A stretch of 35,131 nucleotides of DNA from a virus (taxonomy: Duplodnaviria; Caudoviricetes), in IMG/VR virus record IMGVR_UViG_3300017716_001227, positions 1 through 35,131 of that record. One strand, written 5' to 3'. The first letter of the stretch is position 1. Each line of letters begins with the position of its first letter. The translations under genes were made by a program, and so were the position numbers. Under the pieces are notes generated by a model. That model saw only the letters and a list, made by a program, of their open reading frames with translations, had not been told where the DNA came from and did not search any database. Positions 26,865-35,131 of this stretch are shown one piece after another.

Positions 26865-27353
26865 TCATTTGATTAAGTCAGTTCTATTGTGCCGCCACTT
26901 CTGCACCATTGGGTCTTCCTTGGCGATGTGCGGATTAAAATCTCTGGAAGTGATGCTGTCAATGATTTCATCTGGATCAGTTAAATCTGTAACATGGCAG
27001 GTAGTCCAGATTGTGTCTTTGTGAGTAGCGAGCAAACGCCTTGTTCCTGCTTCTGTGATGCCCGTGTAGCCCGTTTTATAGCGGTGGGCAGGGATGCCAT
27101 GATACCAGACAGTCACGTCGCCTTTCATCACGAAAAATGGATGCGTAGTCAGATGGAGCAAGGTTGTCAGAATAGTATTTTTCGGCATGAAGATTTCCCG
27201 AATATACATCCCCGGAGTAAATCTATGAATCAATGGGCATTCCCGTGGAGGTAACTTCAGAATCTCCAAGTCCATCAAGTTTAGCTCATAGTCTGGATCA
27301 CCATATCCAACTACCTTTCTTGCATCAATCTTGTCTGGAATTGTCAGTGTCAT
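26865..27353 (-). CDS. Cupin-fold protein
   Basis: HRFTPGMYIREIFMPK...H.T.H.FFVMKG...GTRR...WTTCH. Confidence 0.7.
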   Translation of the reverse strand: MTLTIPDKIDARKVVGYGDPDYELNLMDLEILKLPPRECPLIHRFTPGMYIREIFMPKNTILTTLLHLTTHPFFVMKGDVTVWYHGIPAHRYKTGYTGITEAGTRRLLATHKDTIWTTCHVTDLTDPDEIIDSITSRDFNPHIAKEDPMVQKWRHNRTDLIK

Positions 27354-28312
27354 CTCGAAAGGAAATAATCGTTGGGTGAAGGCGACAATAAATCAGACCC
27401 GATCAAGTTATCTGCCCTACTATAGTTTGCAAATCGGATTGGAGCGGCAGTTGGAATCTCAATACCTACCATTTCCTTTTCTTGTTCTTGCACAGCTAAT
27501 GCTAAATTAGCCAAGAACTCCTGTGCTTTTCGGTTCTCTCTGGAGTTTAATGCAAGAATTGCATAAATCATCGCATCAGGAATAAACTCAACTAATTCCT
27601 TTGGATCGGTGAGATCAAAGTATTTCTTCGATGCGTAGAGTGTGATACACTCGCAAGTCTTCGGAGCTTTGAACCTACGGAATGTAGGATTGCTATCGTT
27701 GGGTTGATAGATTGCTATCAGCGTTCTTGCCTGCAACTCCATGTCGTAAGCATATACACGAATCCTACCTTTTGTTACTGGTTTTGATACTGAGCGAACC
27801 CCCTTGATTAACAGGTCAGTTTTGGAGAGGTTGGGACTCTGCGCAGCAAACAAGTTGACTTTGTGGTAGGTGTCGTATTGATCCTGCACTTCAAACATCA
27901 ACTCTGTCCCTGCATCTTCTATGTCTTCCGCAATGATTCCCAACTGGTATGGGTGCGCTGTGTAATCGCGGAACAATACATGAAGACCACCGACTTCAGT
28001 AATTAACCTATGGCATGAATGGTCTGCTTTCAAGGCGAAAGCGTTAGTCGCATTAAACCACTCGTCAGCAAGAGACGCAGAATCATCCCCGATCCAAGCA
28101 AGTTTGATTTGCTCGTAGCGGTTAGGCAGCGCGAAGCAATTGTTCACGCAGCAAATCTGGACATACTCTTCTTGAGAAGTCCAAGCTCGTTTATTCCATA
28201 GTAGTCGTCTTGCTTGGTTTACTGCTTTGACTCCGCGCTCGTATGAACAAGTGCCAGAGTCGCCGACAAACCCCTTCACAAGCTCTACCATCTCTTCGAG
28301 GGTATCGCCCAT
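27350..28312 (-). CDS. Putative head-tail adaptor/tail tubular protein
   Basis: TLEEMVELV...VNQARRLL...LPNRYEQI adaptor-like pattern; position near the nozzle gene. Confidence 0.55.
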   Translation of the reverse strand: MGDTLEEMVELVKGFVGDSGTCSYERGVKAVNQARRLLWNKRAWTSQEEYVQICCVNNCFALPNRYEQIKLAWIGDDSASLADEWFNATNAFALKADHSCHRLITEVGGLHVLFRDYTAHPYQLGIIAEDIEDAGTELMFEVQDQYDTYHKVNLFAAQSPNLSKTDLLIKGVRSVSKPVTKGRIRVYAYDMELQARTLIAIYQPNDSNPTFRRFKAPKTCECITLYASKKYFDLTDPKELVEFIPDAMIYAILALNSRENRKAQEFLANLALAVQEQEKEMVGIEIPTAAPIRFANYSRADNLIGSDLLSPSPNDYFLSR

Positions 28313-28331
28313 AGATTATCGTTACCGATAA

Positions 28332-28490
28332 TTATTTCTGGTAGCCTTGCTTGGGAGTGCCAGCAGTCGTATAGACGCTTGGCTTTTTCGAGCCAAGGTT
28401 AGGCTTGTTCCCCATGGTTTCACGGATCATTCCGCGAGTTGGCGAGCCGCCGCTTACGAGTTTAGGATCAGTTCCTTTTAGTGGTGTCAT
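28332..28490 (-). CDS. Small basic protein (52 aa)
   Basis: MTPLKGTDPKLVSGGSPTRGMIRE...GYQK* fills the gap and has an A/C-rich leader. Confidence 0.65.
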   Translation of the reverse strand: MTPLKGTDPKLVSGGSPTRGMIRETMGNKPNLGSKKPSVYTTAGTPKQGYQK

Positions 28491-28509
28491 ATTTTTGTTT
28501 GGTTGGTTG

Positions 28510-28986
28510 TTATGCTGAGTGGATTGCTACCCAATCCAATGTTGTTATTGTGGCCACATTGCTATCAATGATAGCTGTGAAACCAGAAATAGTTTGCGAT
28601 CCAGTTTGGACTGCAAAAATTGGTGCTGAAGGTGTGCCAAAGGTAGTGGTAACAGGTGTGAATGCTACAGTATAATTAGTACTTGGCATAGCAGTTGAAA
28701 AGGTAACTGAAATAGTTTGATCGGCAGTAGTAAGGCCAGTGATCGTGCCTTGCCTTACTTGTGTAGTAGTAAGAACATCAACTTGATTCTGCAAGTTCAA
28801 CAGATAATCATTGATTGTTTGAATCTGCTGTGTAGTGACATCTGCTAGTCCGGGGATATTCACAGTTCCACTCGCCAAAACAGTGTCAGTAAATTGCTGG
28901 AATATCTGAGTCCAGTTTCCAGTTGGGCAGAAGTCGTCTGGAACAGATGGAAAAATAAGTGCGGGTGATGAATCTTGATTGTCCAT
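28510..28986 (-). CDS. Putative tail needle/short fibre protein
   Basis: Short coiled coil followed by a Thr-rich beta domain (VTFSTAMPSTNYTV...LDWVAI). Confidence 0.6.
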   Translation of the reverse strand: MDNQDSSPALIFPSVPDDFCPTGNWTQIFQQFTDTVLASGTVNIPGLADVTTQQIQTINDYLLNLQNQVDVLTTTQVRQGTITGLTTADQTISVTFSTAMPSTNYTVAFTPVTTTFGTPSAPIFAVQTGSQTISGFTAIIDSNVATITTLDWVAIHSA

Positions 28987-28992
28987 TACAAT

Positions 28993-30849
28993 TTAATTAA
29001 CGATATTGTATTCCCAATATTTTTCTTGGCAACACAAAAATGGTTCGCATTCTTGATTTTCTTCTGGGCAGTCACCAACTGGGGAATCATCGTTGTTTTT
29101 AATGTTCGCCATCAACCTTACTCGGTCAACTGTAGCTGCACCAATCAGATTGATTTTAATCTGAAACTCACTGCCCTCTACTGATGGGATACCCGCCAAG
29201 TCATTGCACTCACTTGGGTCTGGAGTGTTAAACTTGTAGCGTTTGTAGCGATTACCACCCCGCTGCGGGACACATTCAGTCACCACCGGAGAACATGGAT
29301 TGCAGCCAAAAGTAGTAGGCACTTTAAGTTCCGACCAGCAAGGATTACTATCTGCGCGAAACTCAACGGAGCTTTCGACCTCTCCCTTAATCTCACTCAT
29401 CCACATTTCTCCGCCAGTAATTTTTTTGCGGAGGAACTTGTTTGTTGCTCCGCTTCGGTTGAAATCATACCTGCCAGTAGTGAAGCAGGATTCAATCTGC
29501 CTTGTTCCGTCTGGGCCAAAGTCATCAGTTTGTTCTGATGTCATTTCATACAAACGATTCCTGTTGTCTTTATCAAATGAGAAAGCAAACCCACGTTTCT
29601 GTCCAGCTATCAACGCCGATAACATTTGAGTTGGTCGAATGCCAGTCCATAGCCCGTTCCAACGGAAAGAAAGTTGCGCGTCTGGTGATGGGCTTGCAGA
29701 TTGATCTAAGTCCAACGCAATAATCCCGCGATGGTATCTATGCAAGCCCGGAGCTGATGTTCTTTTAATCTCAGGCGCAACTGTGCTTAATAGATAGTTG
29801 TCAAAAAACATGGTTGATGCAAATTGTCTAAGCCAAGGCGTGTCGCGCTCAACCCATTTGTTTACTTCCCGTGAAAGTTTACGAAGTGAGAAGTATCTAT
29901 TAAACTCAGATTGAGTATTTGAATAAAACGCCCAACCATCGTGTGACCTAAACCAAAGCTCAGAGTTTACCAATCCCAAGTATGGACTTGTGCATCCGCG
30001 CCCAAGTAATGAGATGCGTTGGATGTTAGTTGTGTTCCATTGCGCTCTTGGGATTGATACATCCATTGCGAACGCTCCGTTGCCAGTTAAGACTACAAGC
30101 TGACCTTGGCCGCGAAGGTTCAGCCCAAGCTCTGGCATTACTTTCATGCCAGTTATGTTTCCCATCATGCTTGGAGTAGAAAACGCCCCTCCCAATTCCC
30201 AGTAAGTTATCTCAGTGAATCTACGAGTGTTGGTAGTATCAGTAAATCCAGCACCAAAAATAATATCTGATGCGTAGATTTGGTTGAATCTATCCGAAAC
30301 AAAAACTCGGCCAAACGCATACTCCATGATCGTGCCAATCGGCATTTCTCGATTGAATGGATTTAGCCTTACTGCGTTTGTATTAAGATCGCCATTCCAT
30401 GCAATCGGGTTTTGGTATCCGTTCTGGATGTATAGTTGATCTTCAGCCTGCACGAAAAAGGTGTGCATCAAACTTCCATCATTCCATGTCCACCCATCCG
30501 CGACTGGGAGTTTGTATGCGTAAGCAACATTGTTTACCATCTTCAGAAAGTAAATAACCCCCGCGACTGATATTACTATTCCATCAGCAGATTCGTATGT
30601 TGTCCTCCGATATGGATACGCGCCTTGGAAGTTGCCAGTCTGAATATCGTTTACGATAGTTTCTGATTGTCCAGTTCCCGCTACGATATTGATATTCCTG
30701 ATACTTGGGCGAGTGCGGTTGATACCACCTCGGAAGGTTCGGTTCACCGATTCGGCTACATACATCTCAGGCAAATACGATGGATGCGTTGCAGCGTCTT
30801 GTGCTATAACACTTGTGAACCCATCAAAGACTGAACCTTCTGCTGGCAT
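28993..30849 (-). CDS. Tail nozzle/DNA stabilization protein (P22 gp10-like)
   Basis: 618-aa beta-propeller-like sequence (NRTFRGG..TRP, GRVFV, GRGCTSP, LWFRSHDG) in podovirus tail context. Confidence 0.65.
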   Translation of the reverse strand: MPAEGSVFDGFTSVIAQDAATHPSYLPEMYVAESVNRTFRGGINRTRPSIRNINIVAGTGQSETIVNDIQTGNFQGAYPYRRTTYESADGIVISVAGVIYFLKMVNNVAYAYKLPVADGWTWNDGSLMHTFFVQAEDQLYIQNGYQNPIAWNGDLNTNAVRLNPFNREMPIGTIMEYAFGRVFVSDRFNQIYASDIIFGAGFTDTTNTRRFTEITYWELGGAFSTPSMMGNITGMKVMPELGLNLRGQGQLVVLTGNGAFAMDVSIPRAQWNTTNIQRISLLGRGCTSPYLGLVNSELWFRSHDGWAFYSNTQSEFNRYFSLRKLSREVNKWVERDTPWLRQFASTMFFDNYLLSTVAPEIKRTSAPGLHRYHRGIIALDLDQSASPSPDAQLSFRWNGLWTGIRPTQMLSALIAGQKRGFAFSFDKDNRNRLYEMTSEQTDDFGPDGTRQIESCFTTGRYDFNRSGATNKFLRKKITGGEMWMSEIKGEVESSVEFRADSNPCWSELKVPTTFGCNPCSPVVTECVPQRGGNRYKRYKFNTPDPSECNDLAGIPSVEGSEFQIKINLIGAATVDRVRLMANIKNNDDSPVGDCPEENQECEPFLCCQEKYWEYNIVN

Positions 30850-31937
30850 TATGTTTTGATAATGTAGTTCATCGCCACGTTTTGTGGGCGAGTTTCTGTT
30901 TGTCCATCAGATGCTATTACATGAGTATGAGCGACATTTGGCCCACCAGTTGTTCCAGAGTATGCGTGTGTATGGCGAGTGTTTGCGCCAGTTGTGCTTG
31001 TTGCGCCAAATGAAACGCCAGTGGGACTGCTGCCATTGCCACGAGTATTGGTAAATCCAGTGACAGTATAATCATGGAAGTGATCTGGTGAATCAACTCC
31101 AGTGGTTCCACTAAATGAATGTGTATGACCTACTGACTCTGTTCCTGTATTACCACTGTGATTATGAGATTTAAATGCGTCTGCTTGAGTGGTTCCAAAT
31201 ACACGGAGAGGGTCAATTCCTCTTCCATTGTCAAACCCACGAACAAACATTCCGCGAAGATCAGGCACAGCAAAGTTTGTTAGTCCATCTCCAGCACCAT
31301 AGGTAATCCCAATAACAGAAAACAAATTAGGTTGTGGTGATGGATCAAGTGCCGCTCTACCATACAATGAACCATTGCAAAGAAGCCATCCAGAAGGCGC
31401 GGAGTTTGCAGCATATGGAACAATAGCTCCAGTTGGGATACCACCGGGAATCGTTGAGTTGAATTGGATGCCTCCACTCAATACCTGCAAGAAGTCTCCA
31501 TTTACTCCGCTCGCAAGCGAAAATGAACTGCCAGTTTTTACAATAACTCCATCGCCTACTGGAAGCAGTGAGGCCAAATTACCGATCTTCCATTGAGTGC
31601 CATCCCAATAAGCCAAGAAGTTATCTCCCGTATCAGTAGGTTGCCATTGCCTAACAGTCCCATCCGCTAAAAGAACCATGATCTTAGGCGCAACATTGAC
31701 TGCGTTAAGTTGCAGACTTGGTAACTTGATTGGTGCTGTCAGTGATCCACTCTTCCAAGCGACATCGTTGTTTTGGTCATACTGAAGCAAAGAAATTTCA
31801 GTTGGTTCCACCAATACCTTTTGGCAAGATGCGTTATCTTCTACTACAAGTTTGCGTCCGTCTGTAGTTGTTTCAAGTCCTTCACAGAATAAAGGAAACT
31901 CTGTGTCGCAAGGTGGGCAGTTTGTGCAGTCGCTCAT
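30849..31937 (-). CDS. Tail fibre protein with tail collar domain
   Basis: PTGAIVPYA...PSGWLLCNG...FAVPDLRGMFVRG...HxH repeats...ETRPQNVAMNYIIKT. Confidence 0.9.
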   Translation of the reverse strand: MSDCTNCPPCDTEFPLFCEGLETTTDGRKLVVEDNASCQKVLVEPTEISLLQYDQNNDVAWKSGSLTAPIKLPSLQLNAVNVAPKIMVLLADGTVRQWQPTDTGDNFLAYWDGTQWKIGNLASLLPVGDGVIVKTGSSFSLASGVNGDFLQVLSGGIQFNSTIPGGIPTGAIVPYAANSAPSGWLLCNGSLYGRAALDPSPQPNLFSVIGITYGAGDGLTNFAVPDLRGMFVRGFDNGRGIDPLRVFGTTQADAFKSHNHSGNTGTESVGHTHSFSGTTGVDSPDHFHDYTVTGFTNTRGNGSSPTGVSFGATSTTGANTRHTHAYSGTTGGPNVAHTHVIASDGQTETRPQNVAMNYIIKT

Positions 31938-33067
31938 GATGTTACGGATTTAATGATTGAAAAATTGATTACTGGTTGATCTATAGCAATTCCAAGAATT
32001 GATACAAGGTTGATTGTAAATGATGTTCCTGCAACTATTTTGCCCGGAACAATTATATATGTATTGGAACCACCAGAATATGATAAAGCAATAGTATCTG
32101 TTAATCCAATTGTAGTATTATTTACAGTAAATGAAACCCATGTATTCAATACAGGTGCAGCACTAACCAAGGTTATTGACCCGCAAATTTTGTTGATGGT
32201 TACTGGAGTTGTTCTTGAAGTTATCTGAGTGACAGTTCCTCCTGCACCAGTTGCGTATCCAACACCTGCTGATGGATCAGTGCTAACAATCCCGCCGACA
32301 ACTTGAAGTTTTGCTGCTGGAGTTGGAGTTCCAATTCCTACGTTTCCTGCGCTTGTTACACGCATCTGTTCAGTATTGTTTGATTTTATGATGAGCGGAT
32401 GCGCTGAAGATGTTCCTACTTCAGCCTGCGCGTTTTGTTCTGCGGTAAGATCGACCGATACTCCACCCTGAGTTGCGATATATGAAGATGATGCCGCTCC
32501 AGATGTATTGGTGTTATTGACCCTTACAGCAGTTTGCGCTGCCTGAGATTGAGATACGTCTAACTTTACTGCTGGAGAGTTAGTTCCGATACCCACACTT
32601 CCATTTGTGTTTGATTGGAGGTTCACGCTCGTTCCATCAATCTGAAGGATAGCTGAGTTAGTAAAAATCCTTGGTGTAGTTCCTGCGGCTTGGATACGAA
32701 GATCGTAGTCATCCGAGTTTGGATTTTTCAAATCCATGTAAACATTTCCTGTCCCGCCAACCTCAATACGAGTGTCGCCACTTGGGTTGTTCAAAAGCAA
32801 CTCAGTTCCGCTAATAGAGGAAAATGCTACACCGCCAGTTGAATCTCTTTTAACAATTGTATTCGGAGTATTTGTGCTTACAGCTTGAGTGAACTTGATA
32901 AACCCATCCGTAACTATCGGAATACTACCCTCTGTTCCTACAAGACGCTTTTGGCAGAACAATGAATCCTCAACTACAAATGCTTTTGCTGTGCTTGTTG
33001 TTTCAAGCGGTTCACAAAATAATGGATAGTCTATTTCGCAAGGAGGCGCGGGAGTGCATGGAGTCAT
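31934..33067 (-). CDS. Tail fibre protein
   Basis: Two GxVGIGT..P..KL.V fibre repeats; N-terminal domain shared with 30849-31937. Confidence 0.8.
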   Translation of the reverse strand: MTPCTPAPPCEIDYPLFCEPLETTSTAKAFVVEDSLFCQKRLVGTEGSIPIVTDGFIKFTQAVSTNTPNTIVKRDSTGGVAFSSISGTELLLNNPSGDTRIEVGGTGNVYMDLKNPNSDDYDLRIQAAGTTPRIFTNSAILQIDGTSVNLQSNTNGSVGIGTNSPAVKLDVSQSQAAQTAVRVNNTNTSGAASSSYIATQGGVSVDLTAEQNAQAEVGTSSAHPLIIKSNNTEQMRVTSAGNVGIGTPTPAAKLQVVGGIVSTDPSAGVGYATGAGGTVTQITSRTTPVTINKICGSITLVSAAPVLNTWVSFTVNNTTIGLTDTIALSYSGGSNTYIIVPGKIVAGTSFTINLVSILGIAIDQPVINFSIIKSVTS

Positions 33068-33082
33068 AAGGCTTTTAGTTTA

Positions 33083-33358
33083 TTATAGTGCTTGCCAAGC
33101 TGTTCCATTCCACACAAACATAGCGTTCGATGTGGTATTGAAATACAATGCTCCAACAATTAAAGCATTACCAGAATTATCCAGTGTTGGTGCGGTTGCT
33201 TTTGCGCCCAAGTAAACAGTGTTGAATTGAGTAACTTGATCTGCTGCATATTGAGCTATGCGAGCATAGTATGCTGCGCGTTCGGCAATTGCATTCATCG
33301 CGTCCTCACTTGGGCCGCACGGGTTACATTTAGAACTTCTGGAATTTGAACAGCTCAT
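33083..33358 (-). CDS. Small tail-associated protein
   Basis: YLGAKATAPTLDNSGNALIVGALYFNT...VWNGTAW fibre module. Confidence 0.7.
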   Translation of the reverse strand: MSCSNSRSSKCNPCGPSEDAMNAIAERAAYYARIAQYAADQVTQFNTVYLGAKATAPTLDNSGNALIVGALYFNTTSNAMFVWNGTAWQAL

Positions 33359-33376
33359 AATATCGTTTACGATAAT

Positions 33377-33739
33377 TTAATCAAGAAAACTTGCGTTGAC
33401 AAGTGTTAAATTAGGATGCGCCCATTTTAACCAAGCGTTGGCTATGTCGTTTGGATCATCATACCAAGCACGAAGATTGATTGATTTCCAATATGAGTCC
33501 CACACATAGAGCTTATTTGCCCCAGTTGGGTAAAGGTAAACGCAGACCGCATGACCCCAGTCCTTCGTCTGTATTCGCAATACGCGAGCCTGTATGTCGT
33601 TTTTCTTGAGTGCTTGCGTCATTGCTATTGCTTCTGGAAGACAAGCGTTTTTGTAGCGTCCTGCAAACTCAGGCTCGGTTACTGGAAGCGAGGCGCATCC
33701 AGCAAGAACAAGTATAATGATACTAAGTAGGATTTTCAT
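33377..33739 (-). CDS. Lipoprotein with transglutaminase/papain-like Cys-His-Asp motifs
   Basis: Signal peptide with LAGC lipobox; NACLPEA, WGHAVCVY and YVWDS. Confidence 0.65.
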   Translation of the reverse strand: MKILLSIIILVLAGCASLPVTEPEFAGRYKNACLPEAIAMTQALKKNDIQARVLRIQTKDWGHAVCVYLYPTGANKLYVWDSYWKSINLRAWYDDPNDIANAWLKWAHPNLTLVNASFLD

Positions 33740-34271
33740 TTTGCTTCAATAAATACGGAATCGTCTTTTGGTTGTATCTACTCATTTCGGAATATACAAG
33801 ATTAACAAATCCATCCCATTGTGCGGGGTAGATTGTTTGACATCCTTCGCTTGAAGTTGATTTGTAGCTGCCCTTGTGGATATTGATTGCTACTCCCATC
33901 GAGTCGCCTTCTTTGTCTCGCGCAACTGGCAGTTCTTCTTTTGCGTTAGCAGGTCGTAACGCTGGATAACCGCCTCCGGGTTTACTGATGCCATGATTGC
34001 CTTTGCGGAACCTATGAACGCCCGTTTTAAGCACCGCGATACCCTTCTTAAAAACAGAAGGATCGGTATTGGCGTTAAACGTAGCGTGAACAGAAGGGGA
34101 TAGTAGAATGATCGCATCATCATAAATTCCCCTTTGGTTGCCTGACGGCTGAAAAGTTTCAGAGTAATATCCCCTAATCCCTACCAAAGCAACGCGATCT
34201 TCTATTCCTGCTTTGATGACCATTGCGAGAGTCTTTTCCTTCGCCTGCTGTGGTCTGGAATTAGGAACCAT
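33723..34271 (-). CDS. Putative endolysin, L,D-transpeptidase (YkuD)-like catalytic motif
   Basis: LVGIRG, YDD, NTDP and INIHKG...SSEGCQT (H-x-G...S-x-GC); start MVPNSRP at 34271 by TAATG coupling to a holin-like gene. Confidence 0.65.
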   Translation of the reverse strand: MVPNSRPQQAKEKTLAMVIKAGIEDRVALVGIRGYYSETFQPSGNQRGIYDDAIILLSPSVHATFNANTDPSVFKKGIAVLKTGVHRFRKGNHGISKPGGGYPALRPANAKEELPVARDKEGDSMGVAINIHKGSYKSTSSEGCQTIYPAQWDGFVNLVYSEMSRYNQKTIPYLLKQNENPT

Positions 34272-34444
34272 TATCCTTTGCGAATTACATTGATAAGCCC
34301 AACGAGGCCAAGTCCTACTACAAGAATTGCTTCTTGGAGTTCTGGTTCGATCTTCACTCCGACTGCCGTAGCAATCAAGATGAGGCCGCGCCATGTAGAA
34401 TTTTCATTCAATTTTTCAAGTAGTGTTTCAATTATTTTTTTCAT
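34271..34444 (-). CDS. Holin-like membrane protein (57 aa)
   Basis: MKKIIETLLEKLNENSTWRGLILIATAVGV...ILVVGLGLVGLINVIRKG*; E.STW.G motif and two hydrophobic segments; not in the ORF track. Confidence 0.7.
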   Translation of the reverse strand: MKKIIETLLEKLNENSTWRGLILIATAVGVKIEPELQEAILVVGLGLVGLINVIRKG

Positions 34445-34599
34445 TTCTTTGTTCCTTTTGGTTCTGGAAGTTCGTATGTGAGTCTTCCGTAATCTGTTTC
34501 AAGCGATACTCCAAGCGTTGTGCAGCCCGTCAAAAATGCAAGCGCAAGAAATGTGAATGATACAAGAATCATGCCAAGTGCGATTTTTTCTGGTTTCAT
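34441..34599 (-). CDS. Small lipoprotein (52 aa), possibly spanin-like
   Basis: MKPEKIALGMILVSFTFLALAFLTGC lipobox; ATGA-coupled on both sides. Confidence 0.6.
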   Translation of the reverse strand: MKPEKIALGMILVSFTFLALAFLTGCTTLGVSLETDYGRLTYELPEPKGTKK

Positions 34600-34775
34600 T
34601 TATTTTTGTCCCAATTTTTAGCAATTACAATTAACGATCCGACTCCGACTGCGATACCAACTAAAAGAGAAGCAATTCTTAACCATGCCTCTACTTCTGG
34701 CAAGAGTGAAATTCCAACAGATGTTGCTGTTGCGAGCATCCCCGCGATTCCTGCGTTAAATGAATGAGTGTCCAT
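34596..34775 (-). CDS. Small two-TM membrane protein (holin/antiholin-like)
   Basis: MDTHSFNAGIAGMLA...LLVGIAVGVGSLIVIAKNWDKNK. Confidence 0.65.
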   Translation of the reverse strand: MDTHSFNAGIAGMLATATSVGISLLPEVEAWLRIASLLVGIAVGVGSLIVIAKNWDKNK

Positions 34776-34779
34776 AATT

Positions 34780-35130
34780 TTAATATGAGAGTTCCGCCAT
34801 CGCCGCGATGACAATTTTGTCGAATGAGAAAGGCGGCATAGCCCAATCGTTTCGTGGATTTTGATCTTGTGCAAAAATCGTTAAAATTCCTTGAAGGTAA
34901 GTATCTGTGGCACTTAATTCGGCACAAGTTTTGTTTGCGGAGGCGAGGTTGAGCCTCAAATAAAGAAGCGTCGGTTGGTAGTTGCTACCTAATCCAACGC
35001 TTTCGAGGTGTTCGATGGCGGTTACGAATGGCCGCAACACGGAAATATAATTCGACACGGCCTCTTCTACCTCTGCGCTCGTTGCAGTCGCAGGTAAAAC
35101 CAACGGCGGACGGCTTGGGCTGTATTCGTC
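34780..35130 (-). CDS. Partial hypothetical protein (5' end outside window)
   Basis: Frame is open to the window edge (DEYSPSRPPLVLPA...) and stops at 34780. Confidence 0.65.
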   Translation of the reverse strand, partial: DEYSPSRPPLVLPATATSAEVEEAVSNYISVLRPFVTAIEHLESVGLGSNYQPTLLYLRLNLASANKTCAELSATDTYLQGILTIFAQDQNPRNDWAMPPFSFDKIVIAAMAELSY

Positions 35131-35131
35131 C

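Larger units (their letters stand above)
748..33374. repeat. Dispersed 14-bp palindrome TATCG-KWWM-CGATA
   Basis: Perfect copies start at 748, 4700, 10954, 13351, 16678, 18231, 21010, 22912, 28317, 30645 and 33361; one-mismatch copies at 2399, 3249, 3566, 7443 and 9521. Confidence 0.92.

Noticed and set aside
6720-29621. Extra near-matches to the palindrome at 6720 (TATCG GCAG CGATG) and 29608 (TATCA ACGC CGATA)
   Set aside because: Arm mismatch plus a spacer that breaks KWWM; could be chance, so not counted
748-33374. CRISPR array or REP elements as the explanation of the 14-bp palindrome
   Set aside because: Copies are kilobases apart, only 14 bp, often inside CDSs, with no spacer periodicity or cas operon
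34272-34394. N-terminal extension of the endolysin ORF to 34394
   Set aside because: Overlaps the better holin-like gene in another frame; TAATG coupling supports a start at 34271
1-35131. Stop-codon reassignment, tRNA genes, introns or inteins
   Set aside because: Genes are intact and densely packed in the standard code; I saw no cloverleaf or splicing signatures by eye, though tRNAscan/Infernal were not run

Overview
This window is a 35 kb fragment of a tailed dsDNA phage genome, most likely podovirus-like. No capsid, portal, large terminase, polymerase or integrase gene falls inside it. From left to right it holds: a rightward modification/metabolism block (GT4-type glycosyltransferase, SAM methyltransferase, dCMP deaminase, beta-class DNA methyltransferase); a palindrome-rich non-coding gap; a strong sigma70 promoter driving small early genes including ArdA; an SF2 helicase; a leftward DNA-metabolism operon (two hexapeptide-repeat proteins, PD-(D/E)XK exonuclease, OB-fold SSB, LmbU-like DNA-binding protein, possible Acb2/Tad1-like protein); and a leftward late operon (lysis cassette, Cys-rich tail proteins, nozzle and adaptor, cupin, three ejection proteins including a 2448-aa giant). 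The most striking unexplained signal is a 14-bp palindrome, TATCG-KWWM-CGATA, found in 11 perfect and 5 one-mismatch copies spread across the whole window, both inside and between genes. Other signals are an attC-like cassette boundary at the left end, a CCCTCCACAA intergenic repeat in the early region, and exact repeats bounding variable modules in the giant ejection protein. All protein calls come from motif recognition by eye; no database search was run.
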